Source of the DNA: Eubacteriales bacterium
Lineage (GTDB): Bacteria; Bacillota; Clostridia; Oscillospirales; CAG-272
Reading direction: 5' to 3'
Assembly (NCBI GenBank): GCA_045544195.1
Contig: JAZPYO010000034.1
Location: 146,881-210,880 of the forward strand
Length of the DNA stretch: 64,000 nt
Below are positions 18,877-28,411 of this stretch, piece after piece. Made by a program: the position numbers and the translations under genes. Each line of letters starts with the position of its first letter. Position 1 is the first letter of the stretch. Under the pieces are notes generated by a model. That model was not told the DNA's origin and did not search any database. It was given only the letters and a program-made list of their open reading frames with translations.

Positions 18877-20592
18877 ATGTACAGTACAAAAATCAAGCTG
18901 GCTGAGAAAATCTATTCAGCCTTTTTATCATCCTTTCCCGACAAAAGTATTGATAAGGATGAAATATTTAATTTGCTTACACCGCCGCCCGACAGTAATA
19001 TGGGCGACCTTGCTATGCCGTGCTTTAAGTTTGCGAAGGAATGCCGCACATCTCCTGTAAACATTTCAAACGCACTTGCTTCTGCTATGGGCGATATTGA
19101 AGGAATTACAGTTCAATCGGTAAACGGTTACCTTAACGTATTTATAGACCGTAACGCATTCTTTGCGCAGACTGTCACAAATATACTTGATAAAAAGCAG
19201 AATTACGGCAAAACGGAAACAGGAAAAGGAAAAACCGTTGTTCTGGACTATTCCTCTCCCAACGTTGCAAAGCCGTTCCACGTCGGCCATCTCGGAACTA
19301 CGGTTATCGGTCACTCACTTAAAAAGCTTTTCCACTTTGCAGGCTACAATTGCATAGGCGTAAATCACTTGGGTGACTGGGGAACACAGTTCGGAAAGCT
19401 CATTGTCGCATACAAAGAATGGGGCGATGAAAAGAAGGTAGAAGAGGGTGGTATTGACGAGCTTGTTGCTCTTTACGTCAAATTCCACGAAGAAGCAGAA
19501 AAGGATCCTTCCCTTTCTGACAGAGCACGTGCGCATTTTGCTGCGCTTGAAAGAAAAGAGCCTGAAGAAACTGCTCTTTGGGAAAAATTTATCGACATAA
19601 GCATAAAGGAATACAAAAAGACGTACGAGCAGCTTGATATAGAGTTTGACTATTATACAGGCGAAAGCTTCTACTCTGATAAGATGCCTGCTGTTATTGA
19701 GGAGATGAAAGCAAAAGATCTTCTCACGCTGAATGAGGGCGCTTCAGTCGTTGAGCTTGAGGAATACGGTATGCCTCCCTGCCTTATTTTAAAGACAGAC
19801 GGCGCAACACTGTACCCCACGCGTGACATATCAGCAGCTCTGTACCGCAAAAATACGTTTGATTTTTACAAATGTATATATGTTACATCAAGTGCGCAGA
19901 GTCTGCATTTTGCACAGTGGTTCAGAGTCCTTGCGCTTATGGGATACGATTGGTATGAGGATCTTGTACATGTTCCTTACGGTACTGTCAGCATCAATGG
20001 AGAAAAGCTCGCAACAAGAACAGGCAATGTTGTATTGTTGAAGGATCTTTTTGCTACGGCTACCGAAAAGGCAGCTGACATAATGGCGGAAAAAAACCCT
20101 GCTTTAGCAGGTGATATAAAAACGGCAGAGGCTGTCGGTATAGGCGCTGTAATATTTTACTATCTTTCCGCGAACAAGATACGCGACATCAATTTCGTGA
20201 TGCAGGACGCGCTTAATTTTGACGGTAACACAGGTCCGTATGCTCAGTATACATACGCAAGAACATGCAGTATCGCATCAAAGGCTGAGGAAATGGGCGT
20301 AAAGCCTGAAATGGCAGGCGATGTCAACGACGAAGAATTTGAACTTGCAAAAACTCTTTCGGTATTCCCTGACCGTATAGCTCAGGCGATAGCTGAATAC
20401 GAGCCTTCTGTTATCACAAGATATATTCTTGAAATATGTGCAGGCTTCAACAGATTCTATCACAACTGCCAGATACTCTCCGCGCAGGATGAAACGGAAA
20501 GATCGCGCAGACTTGCTCTTACACTCTGCACAAAATACACTCTTGCATCAGCTTTGGAATTGATATGCATGAAGCATCCGGAAAAAATATAA
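18877..20592 (+). CDS. argS: arginine--tRNA ligase
   Basis: 571 aa. Class I HIGH-type motif (PFHVGHLG), an ArgRS N-terminal additional domain, and a C-terminal anticodon-binding region ending in a DALR-type helix bundle. Confidence 0.9.
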   Translation: MYSTKIKLAEKIYSAFLSSFPDKSIDKDEIFNLLTPPPDSNMGDLAMPCFKFAKECRTSPVNISNALASAMGDIEGITVQSVNGYLNVFIDRNAFFAQTVTNILDKKQNYGKTETGKGKTVVLDYSSPNVAKPFHVGHLGTTVIGHSLKKLFHFAGYNCIGVNHLGDWGTQFGKLIVAYKEWGDEKKVEEGGIDELVALYVKFHEEAEKDPSLSDRARAHFAALERKEPEETALWEKFIDISIKEYKKTYEQLDIEFDYYTGESFYSDKMPAVIEEMKAKDLLTLNEGASVVELEEYGMPPCLILKTDGATLYPTRDISAALYRKNTFDFYKCIYVTSSAQSLHFAQWFRVLALMGYDWYEDLVHVPYGTVSINGEKLATRTGNVVLLKDLFATATEKAADIMAEKNPALAGDIKTAEAVGIGAVIFYYLSANKIRDINFVMQDALNFDGNTGPYAQYTYARTCSIASKAEEMGVKPEMAGDVNDEEFELAKTLSVFPDRIAQAIAEYEPSVITRYILEICAGFNRFYHNCQILSAQDETERSRRLALTLCTKYTLASALELICMKHPEKI

Positions 20593-20611
20593 TAAGGTCA
20601 GGTGAATACAT

Positions 20612-21334
20612 ATGTCAGGACACAGCAAATGGAAAAACATTATGCACAAAAAGGAAAAGACAGACGCACAGCGCGCAAAGGTCTTTACCAAGATCGGCAA
20701 GGAGATCGCCATTGCAATTAAGGAAGGAGGCCCTAACCCTGAATCAAACAGTAAGCTGAAGGATCTTATAGCAAAGGCTAAGGCTAATAACGTGCCGAAC
20801 GACAATATTGAGCGCGTTATCAAGAAAGCGAGCAGTAATGACGGCGTTGAATACGAGGAGATAACATACGAGGGATACGGTCCTTGCGGTGTTGCGGTAA
20901 TAGTTGAGGCTGCTACCGATAACAGAAACAGAACGGGAGGCGAGGTTCGCCACTACTTTGATAAATTCGGCGGAAATCTCGGTCAACCCGGCTGCGTTGG
21001 ATATCTGTTTTCCGAAAAAGGTATCATTGTTATTGAAAAGGATGACGGCATAGACGAGGATGAGCTTATGGAGTGCGCCCTTGAAGCAGGTGCTTCAGAT
21101 TTTGAAGCAAGTGAAGAGGGATTTGAAATTACAACTGAGCCTGATGACCTTTCAACTGTACGTCAGGCGCTTGAAAACAAAGGATATAAATTCATCTCCG
21201 CTGAGGTTGAAAAGATACCTTCTGTTTATGTAGAAATTCCCGATGAGGACTCTGTTAAAAAAATGAATCTGTTGCTTGAACACCTCGAAGACAATGACGA
21301 TGTCGTAGACGTTTGGCACAACTGGGACAACTGA
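20612..21334 (+). CDS. YebC/PmpR family DNA-binding transcriptional regulator
   Basis: 240 aa starting MSGHSKWKNIMHKK, the hallmark N-terminus of the family. Confidence 0.9.
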   Translation: MSGHSKWKNIMHKKEKTDAQRAKVFTKIGKEIAIAIKEGGPNPESNSKLKDLIAKAKANNVPNDNIERVIKKASSNDGVEYEEITYEGYGPCGVAVIVEAATDNRNRTGGEVRHYFDKFGGNLGQPGCVGYLFSEKGIIVIEKDDGIDEDELMECALEAGASDFEASEEGFEITTEPDDLSTVRQALENKGYKFISAEVEKIPSVYVEIPDEDSVKKMNLLLEHLEDNDDVVDVWHNWDN

Positions 21335-21364
21335 ACATCCCTCAACTTAATTTTAAAGACTTAA

Positions 21365-21403
21365 ACGTGCCTTTCATAATACGAATGAAAGGCACGTTTT
21401 TTT
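21365..21403 (+). terminator. rho-independent terminator
   Basis: ACGTGCCTTTCAT (21365-21377) pairs with ATGAAAGGCACGT (21385-21397), followed by a T-run. Confidence 0.85.
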
Positions 21404-21409
21404 GAAAGG

Positions 21410-24400
21410 ATGATAGTTATAAAAAAGTGTAAAAATACCTTAGCAGCATCAATTCTGATGCTTTGTGTTTTGCTCACATCATGCACAGGTTCAGATCAGA
21501 ATTCAGTGCAGGACTCAGAATTTGCAAACACCGACGAAAGCACCTCGGTACAGACCTCTTTATTCGAAAGTGACTTTACTGTTGATGACGATTTTTCATA
21601 TCTTGACGTAACTGATGATGCTGAAGGGTGGGAAAGCACCGTGAAATACTCAAATGCTTCAAAAAACGCTATCGATCTTAAGTATACGGACCCTGCAAGA
21701 TCAAGTATCGCCTTTTCGAATAACACATTTTCCGCGAGCTTTGGATTAAACAATGAAAATGAACAACTGATAAAAAGCTTTTCCAACAAAAACGGCATAG
21801 AGTATTTTTCAAATTCAGCAGATGCATATATGGCTGACAAATCAGGAATGCGTTTTGCCTCTTTATCAGGTAAGCAGCCGTATATGAATACATTCCGCAT
21901 GGGATACTATTATTATGATATACACGTCATGGATCTTGCTATCAACGATCATGTGCAAGGTGAAAATACAACACCTGCATACGATCTTATCGGCAAACAA
22001 AGCGTATGGAGCAGTAATGATATTTACGATATAAAGTCTTCTGACGGAAAACTCACATACAAAGTAAAGAATAACATAGATCCATACTGCTACAGAACTG
22101 GATTTTCAATTTCAACGCAAAAATATAATGCAATTAAAATAACCCTTACATCAGAAGCCTCCGCCGCTTGCCAGTTATTCATTTACACAAGCCAATATAA
22201 CGGATTTAATGCTCAGCAAATGGTTTCATTTCCGATAACTCCGGGGGTTGAAAAAACGTATACTGTAAGTATTTCGGGCTTGCCGGGCTATACAGGCGAT
22301 ATAAGAGGTGTACGTATCGACTGCGGTTCTGTAAATGATGAAACGATCACAGTATCATCTATGCAAGCCGTATACGATCTTTCTATGTCACCGTCCGTAA
22401 GACTCGAACGCATATTCCATACGTATTCAGATAAATTGCACGAGGAAATACGCTTCCTCGCCGTGAAGAATATAGATGATATGGAATATTTCGGCGTACA
22501 GACAAAGATACCCGCCGATCAAGTAAGAAAATTTGTTCTCGGTAACGATAGCAGTGTCTTTACAAAATTGGACAGCGATATCATTTCAGATATTACCTAT
22601 GTCGGATTTGACATTGCTGATGCAGGCGTTTTGGGCTACATCGTACCAAAAGGTGAAAATATGGGTAATATCTCCGTTGAATTAAAAGACGGATATTATA
22701 TAATCAACCGCTATATTCCCGTGCAAAGTCTGAAAAAGGGGCAAGAAATACGACTTGGCCACAGAATTTATAACGATAGCACACATTCATTTGATAGCTT
22801 CCTTCGTCAGACATACGTTGAAAGAAATCCGTTAAAAACGGTGTCGGTAACTGTAAATATCGACGGATCAAAATATATAGGATACGACGGATTCATAGGT
22901 GCGTACGTATTTTCTGTAAACGGAACTGATTTTTCAACTGCGTATTATGACAGACCCGATAAATATTTTAAAGTTCCGATTTCAGTAAACGGGGATGATT
23001 CTGACAGACGCATCTATATTAAAACAACCACAAGCTCAGGTTGTCTTGAAGCAGGCGCAGTCATCGGAGATGGCAATCGGCTGCTTCCCTTGCCCGTTCA
23101 GGTCTGCAAGAATTTCAAAGGAGAATACGAGGAGCCTGTATTTTATCCTGACGATACTGCATACGGTGAGGTATATTTTCCTATCACCGTAAAAGCAAAG
23201 GAAACAAAAGAGCTTACAGTGCTTAATATTTATCAGAACTGGGGACACTATCCTATAAAGCAGCTTTCATCTATACAGTTCATAGCACCTTATTATCATT
23301 TGTCGCTCGGTACAACAGAAACAAACTGCATAGCTCCGTACTTTGTAAACGGAAAGGATGCCTGGACGCTTCCCGATTTCAGAGCGTTATCCTCACCTCT
23401 TTGGACAACTCAGCCTCAGCATTACAGCGCAGGACAAATATTCTTTCTTAAATATACAGACAAAAACGGAAAAAGCTATAATTCCGAATCACAAAATGCG
23501 ATCATAAACAGCGCAGGACCCGTTTATGCCGATATTGATATGGAATATCTGTCAGACGACGGACGCATCAAGGTTGAATACAAGCACGCAGAGCTGCCTC
23601 AAACAGATGAAACCCGCACTTATTATCAGATCAAAATGACAGTTTTGCAGGATGTTTCGTTCAACGATTTCAAAAAGGACTTTTCGTTTGTTTCAATGAA
23701 CGGCAGACACGTATTCTATACAAAGCTGTCGTATCTTGATGAAAACGGACAGATCATAACGAAGGATCTTTCAAAATCGAAAACGGACGATGAGTATATT
23801 ACTCTATCAAAAAACGCTCCGTTTTTCTGCTATTATCTTCGTGACGGTAACAGCACCGAGGTCGTAAATATGGCTCTTATAGTAAAAAACAGCTCGATCA
23901 CAGTCAACGGTGAAGAATACACAGGTAACTTTGTTTTAAAGAATTCGTTTACAGGCGGGCTGAATTTGGGTGCACTTACACTTGATCTTGGTGAAACGAC
24001 TCTCAAAAAAGGCGATATTCTCACGCTCAACCTCGTGCTTTTACCCTGGGGCAGCTATAACGAAGAAAAGATAGACAGCGTCCTTAACGTGCGTCAGGAT
24101 TCTTGCATTTCACCGTATACGCTTGATGTTAAGATCGGAAAGGATATATCACAAGAGTTTTTGCCGAGCGTTATGGCAGACGGCGGAAGTGCAGAATTCA
24201 CTATAAGCGGCGGAGATAATAATGCAGTAGTAAGAGTATACGGCTTTTCCTCGTACAAAAAGCCTGACATATATGAGCTTTCAGGCGAAGAATATACAAA
24301 ATACAACGTAAGCAAAAAAGAGGATTTTGAAGGATATCAGGTATATCTTGATGAAGATGGAACATACAGCTTTGCATTTGTAATCGATATGTCGTTATCA

Positions 24401-24430
24401 AATTCAAGAACCTTTAGAATAACACAATAA
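21410..24430 (+). CDS. large lipoprotein of unknown function (1006 aa)
   Basis: Long ORF with a lipobox (LLTSC). I recognised no catalytic motif. It lies 16 nt upstream of the ThuA-like gene. Confidence 0.7.
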   Translation: MIVIKKCKNTLAASILMLCVLLTSCTGSDQNSVQDSEFANTDESTSVQTSLFESDFTVDDDFSYLDVTDDAEGWESTVKYSNASKNAIDLKYTDPARSSIAFSNNTFSASFGLNNENEQLIKSFSNKNGIEYFSNSADAYMADKSGMRFASLSGKQPYMNTFRMGYYYYDIHVMDLAINDHVQGENTTPAYDLIGKQSVWSSNDIYDIKSSDGKLTYKVKNNIDPYCYRTGFSISTQKYNAIKITLTSEASAACQLFIYTSQYNGFNAQQMVSFPITPGVEKTYTVSISGLPGYTGDIRGVRIDCGSVNDETITVSSMQAVYDLSMSPSVRLERIFHTYSDKLHEEIRFLAVKNIDDMEYFGVQTKIPADQVRKFVLGNDSSVFTKLDSDIISDITYVGFDIADAGVLGYIVPKGENMGNISVELKDGYYIINRYIPVQSLKKGQEIRLGHRIYNDSTHSFDSFLRQTYVERNPLKTVSVTVNIDGSKYIGYDGFIGAYVFSVNGTDFSTAYYDRPDKYFKVPISVNGDDSDRRIYIKTTTSSGCLEAGAVIGDGNRLLPLPVQVCKNFKGEYEEPVFYPDDTAYGEVYFPITVKAKETKELTVLNIYQNWGHYPIKQLSSIQFIAPYYHLSLGTTETNCIAPYFVNGKDAWTLPDFRALSSPLWTTQPQHYSAGQIFFLKYTDKNGKSYNSESQNAIINSAGPVYADIDMEYLSDDGRIKVEYKHAELPQTDETRTYYQIKMTVLQDVSFNDFKKDFSFVSMNGRHVFYTKLSYLDENGQIITKDLSKSKTDDEYITLSKNAPFFCYYLRDGNSTEVVNMALIVKNSSITVNGEEYTGNFVLKNSFTGGLNLGALTLDLGETTLKKGDILTLNLVLLPWGSYNEEKIDSVLNVRQDSCISPYTLDVKIGKDISQEFLPSVMADGGSAEFTISGGDNNAVVRVYGFSSYKKPDIYELSGEEYTKYNVSKKEDFEGYQVYLDEDGTYSFAFVIDMSLSNSRTFRITQ

Positions 24431-24446
24431 CAGCGCAGGAGATAAA

Positions 24447-25175
24447 ATGAAAAAAATCAGAGTAACTATATGGAATGAATTCCGTCATGAAAAGACGGAA
24501 GAAGATGTAAAAGCATTATATCCTGATGGAATACACGCTTTTATAAAGAATAATTTTGCAGTTGACGCCCCCGATTTCGATGTCACGCTGGCATCGCTTG
24601 ACGATGATGAGTGTGGACTACCGGACAATGTACTCGAAAACACGGATGTGCTTATGTGGTGGGGACATATGTTCCACAACGAAGTACCGAACGAGCTTGT
24701 AGAAAAAATAGCCGACCGTGTATTCAGATTCGGTATGGGATTTATCGCTATGCATTCAGCGCACGTATCTAAGCCGTTTCAGCGAATAGTCGGTACAAAC
24801 GGATATTTATCGTGGGGAGAAGAACAGCAGGAATTGATATGGAATGTTATGCCCTCACATCCTATCGCGTCGGGAATTCCGGAGCATTTCGAGCTTGAAA
24901 TGGAAGAAATGTACGGAGAACCGTTCCACATTCCTCAACCCGATGAGCTTGTTTTTATGAGCTGGTTCAAGCACGGAAATCTTTTCCGCTCGGGATGCTG
25001 CTTTTACAGAGGACTTGGAAAGGTATTCTATTTTCAGCCCGGACACGAAACACGAAAGGCATTTTACAATCAATACGTAAGACAGATACTTGTTAACGCT
25101 GTTCGTTGGGCATCACCTGAAAATATCGTAATAAAAACTCCGGATTGCGGTTTTATGGAAAAGCTTATAAAATGA
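24447..25175 (+). CDS. ThuA (trehalose utilisation) domain protein
   Basis: 242 aa. IRVTIWNEFRHE ... VLMWWGH ... FYFQPGHE matches the ThuA-like class-I glutamine-amidotransferase-like fold family. Confidence 0.7.
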   Translation: MKKIRVTIWNEFRHEKTEEDVKALYPDGIHAFIKNNFAVDAPDFDVTLASLDDDECGLPDNVLENTDVLMWWGHMFHNEVPNELVEKIADRVFRFGMGFIAMHSAHVSKPFQRIVGTNGYLSWGEEQQELIWNVMPSHPIASGIPEHFELEMEEMYGEPFHIPQPDELVFMSWFKHGNLFRSGCCFYRGLGKVFYFQPGHETRKAFYNQYVRQILVNAVRWASPENIVIKTPDCGFMEKLIK

Positions 25176-25176
25176 T

Positions 25177-25212
25177 AAATAGCACGGACTGTATTTTCAG
25201 TCCGTGCTATTT
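25177..25212. terminator. bidirectional terminator hairpin
   Basis: AAATAGCACGGACT (25177-25190) pairs with AGTCCGTGCTATTT (25199-25212). Confidence 0.8.
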
Positions 25213-26107
25213 AAATGCTTTCAATTATGTATTCTGCATACGCCCTTGCAACATTTATTCCCGTTGCCTTTTCCATACCGCCAAAAAAAGCGTTCGAATT
25301 TACCTCGCATATCATACCGCCGTTTTCACCATGAAGAATATCTATTCCGCAATAATCGAGCTTAAGTATTTTTGCACATTTTTCTGCAAAAGCTATATAT
25401 TCATCGCTCGGCTGAATTGCAGTACCTGTTGCGCCAAGCTCGATATTCGAGCGGTAATCATTTTCGTTTTTTCGTTCCATAGCACATAAATACTTGCCGC
25501 CGATAACGATGATCCTGACATCTTTTCCCGAGCTTTCTTTAACAAACCTTTGAAACACGTGGGGCATACATTTCAGCTTTTCCATAGATCTGATAAGCTC
25601 GTCCTTTGTTTTTACAAGATATATTCCCTTTCCCATTGAGCCGTAGCTTTCCTTTACTATCATAGGCAAGCCCAATAAACTTATAAGTCTTTCCGGCATA
25701 GAATCCTCTATCACCCCGTCAGGATGATAGCACAATGCACCCGGAACTGTTTTAGGCATCGGAATACCGTTTTCGGACAAGGCTATATGCGTCAGCATTT
25801 TATCGTCGCAAACCGCTATGGCTGATGATGTATTGAAAAGCCTCAAGCCGCTTTTTTCAAGAATTTGCGCAATATATTTATCCTTGTCGAGATATACACA
25901 AAAATCATATTGCGAATACTCGTTTACAATGTTACCGCCATCTATCATACACGGATATTCTCTGTTTTTCTTATGGCAGACATCTATATTCATACGTGAA
26001 AATTCTTCACATAAACGCACAGCCTGATATTCAGCACTGCTTATATGCGTAAACGCATTAGTTAAAATAATCCCTTTTTTCACTATAGAAAACCAATTTT
26101 CCTTCAT
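25211..26107 (-). CDS. RimK-family ATP-grasp ligase (alpha-L-glutamate-ligase-like)
   Basis: 298 aa. Motifs LPMIVKESYGSMGKGIYLV, DVRIIVIGGK, RSNIELGATG and GIDIL..ENGGMICEVNSNAFFGG fit the RimK/LysX-type ATP-grasp fold. Confidence 0.75.
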   Translation of the reverse strand: MKENWFSIVKKGIILTNAFTHISSAEYQAVRLCEEFSRMNIDVCHKKNREYPCMIDGGNIVNEYSQYDFCVYLDKDKYIAQILEKSGLRLFNTSSAIAVCDDKMLTHIALSENGIPMPKTVPGALCYHPDGVIEDSMPERLISLLGLPMIVKESYGSMGKGIYLVKTKDELIRSMEKLKCMPHVFQRFVKESSGKDVRIIVIGGKYLCAMERKNENDYRSNIELGATGTAIQPSDEYIAFAEKCAKILKLDYCGIDILHGENGGMICEVNSNAFFGGMEKATGINVARAYAEYIIESI

Positions 26108-26487
26108 TATTTAATAAACAAGCTTTGCTTGTATGCACGATTTTATGCAACTAAACACATATTTGACATCATTCATTGAGCGTCGCAAAAATCCTATAAC
26201 AACATTATAGCTTTTTGCCTTGCAAATAGGACATTTAGCTGTCTTGGGGTTGCATTCTTCCCATATTTCCGAGCTGTCAAATAACAGTTTTTTGCTTTAC
26301 GATTTATGCACGCAGCTTCAATAACTCCCTACTCTTGATCGACCGTTAATGTAAAAGCATTAGATATTCAGCAGCTTTAAATTAAATATCGTCCCGCTCA
26401 CTGTATTCACAAAGATATTCATAAATATAGTCAGCGCTGTCACCAGTCCAATATTCTTCTTTACTTCTGTCTATCATGCAATTATCC

Positions 26488-27480
26488 TTATTTAAGAATT
26501 ATACGTTTTATTCGAGTGGAAATATAATTAACAACAACGGCACAGGCAATGGTGATGGCGATTATCAAAACTATGTTTATTCCGATGTTATTAGTAAGTA
26601 TCATCAAAGAAAATGGTCCAAGAATTAAAAACTGATGTACTAAATAAACATCGTAAGAGTATTTATCCGAATACAAACAAATCTTCTTTATTGAATCAGG
26701 ATATCCATTTTTGAATATGCCGGAAAAAACGGACTTAAAAATAATAAATAATGCAATACCCAAGAAAACGTGGGCGAAATTGCAAAATCTTCCGTATAAT
26801 GAACCTATTACACCGTTTAATTCTAATTTGATAACATAATCTTGGACGATTTGGATTAAATTGAACAACACAGCTATCGGAACCACTAAAATACCTATAG
26901 TTTTGAATAGTTTTCTTTTTGTGCAATCAGATATACTACCCAAAAAGAAACCAAATACATAGCAGAATATCAAAGCAGAATTAAAATATTTAAAGAATGT
27001 TTCGGTAATAACAATTGAAAGAATGCTCAGCATTAAAAAACGTCTGACGCTATGTTCATTTTTGGCAAAGTAATGCGAAAGAAAAGGTGTGATCAAATAC
27101 GAAAATAGGCAATACGGTATATACCACAGGTGTTCGCCACCATTTAATGTTCCGTAAGTCAAAAGTACTCTTACGGTTGTCATTTTCGATAGTTGTTCCG
27201 GGATAAATATTATAAAAAGTATAATTACCGGAATAATAACGACGTAATAATCTATTAAAATTTTAATAAAGTTGTTTTTGTAAAAAGTCAAATCGTCGTA
27301 TATTTTCTCTCTCTTACCATATAAATAACCGGACATACACAAAAAAATTTGAACGCCAACATTAAACCACCATGCAAGTTCTATATCTAAATATTGCATA
27401 ATATGGCACGTTACTATAAAAACTGTAGCAATAAGCCTTACCAATGATATGGAATAATCATAGTTCCCTTTTACTTTCAT
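26488..27480 (-). CDS. membrane O-acyltransferase (acyltransferase family 3)
   Basis: I prefer the ATG at 27480 (AGGAAG RBS; MKVKGNYDYSISLVRLIATVFIVTCHI). The protein has about 10 hydrophobic segments, and the gene is very AT-rich. Confidence 0.7.
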   Translation of the reverse strand: MKVKGNYDYSISLVRLIATVFIVTCHIMQYLDIELAWWFNVGVQIFLCMSGYLYGKREKIYDDLTFYKNNFIKILIDYYVVIIPVIILFIIFIPEQLSKMTTVRVLLTYGTLNGGEHLWYIPYCLFSYLITPFLSHYFAKNEHSVRRFLMLSILSIVITETFFKYFNSALIFCYVFGFFLGSISDCTKRKLFKTIGILVVPIAVLFNLIQIVQDYVIKLELNGVIGSLYGRFCNFAHVFLGIALFIIFKSVFSGIFKNGYPDSIKKICLYSDKYSYDVYLVHQFLILGPFSLMILTNNIGINIVLIIAITIACAVVVNYISTRIKRIILK

Positions 27481-27727
27481 AATATATTCTTCCTTTTTGA
27501 TAAATTCAAGCTTGTAGGTTATTCGCCTTGGGTTACAATTACTTTGCATAAACAAATATGTGTATACAATCGTAGACCTTTTTCCTGCTTAAAAGGACAA
27601 CCGTCTCAATGTAAGCCATAAGTGTGTTTTTGTGCAAAAAAATGATAGAAAATCACAAAGATATATTTTACAGGGACGAAAGTAACATTTGCATCTATTT
27701 TTTAGCAGTTTTTTGAAAATATATCAA

Positions 27728-28411
27728 TTAAATATAAATGATAAGCTTGTTTGCCTTTTTCTTGCGTAAATATAGCTTTAATGGCAAGCCTACCTTGATC
27801 TTTAGTGCTTTGTTAGGACAGGATCCGACACACTTCAGACATCTTATGCACTTGCGGTTTGTTATGCCCGATTTAATTGCCCCGAAAGAACAACTCTCAG
27901 CGCAAAGGCTGCATTTACTGCAATTTTCCCCTTTTTGTATTGCGACGCCAAGCCTGCTTCGCAGTTTTGGGAAAATATCGGCAAAAGGATTCTTATAGAG
28001 CTTTGGAAGCTTTATATATGAAGGCTCTTTGACTTTTTCAACGAGGGGCTTTAATTTATAAAGGTCGCAGAAAACATCGTCATTGTCTATGTAGGAGTGC
28101 TTCGTAGGGATATACGCTCCTGCAACAATATTCTTTTGATAGTTTTTTTGAATCTCATATAGAACATTCCCACAGCACATTTTTCCGTATGTAGCAACAA
28201 CCGTCAGATTTTCAACCGACACATTCTTCAAAAAATCCTTTACAAGATCAGGTATATTTTGACAGTGTACAGGAAACACAAGAACAAGATCCTTATAATG
28301 TACTGTGCATTTTGTTTCCATATCCGCAAGCGGATATCCCAATTGATTTGCAAGGTGCGTCGCAATCGCCTTGCTCTGACCTGTATTTGAATAGAAAACT
28401 ACCGCGTTCAT
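27728..28411 (-). CDS. flavodoxin-like / 2x[4Fe-4S] ferredoxin fusion (EFR1-type)
   Basis: 227 aa. Flavodoxin-like N-terminus (VVFYSNTGQSK) plus CSKCSLCAESC and CIRCLKCVGSCP cluster motifs. The start overlaps the upstream gene's stop (ATGA). Confidence 0.7.
   Translation of the reverse strand: MNAVVFYSNTGQSKAIATHLANQLGYPLADMETKCTVHYKDLVLVFPVHCQNIPDLVKDFLKNVSVENLTVVATYGKMCCGNVLYEIQKNYQKNIVAGAYIPTKHSYIDNDDVFCDLYKLKPLVEKVKEPSYIKLPKLYKNPFADIFPKLRSRLGVAIQKGENCSKCSLCAESCSFGAIKSGITNRKCIRCLKCVGSCPNKALKIKVGLPLKLYLRKKKANKLIIYI

Noticed and set aside
25145-25489. 114-aa plus-strand ORF overlapping the ATP-grasp gene's 3' end
   Set aside because: It starts inside the ThuA gene's end, runs through the bidirectional terminator, and is antisense to a motif-supported gene.
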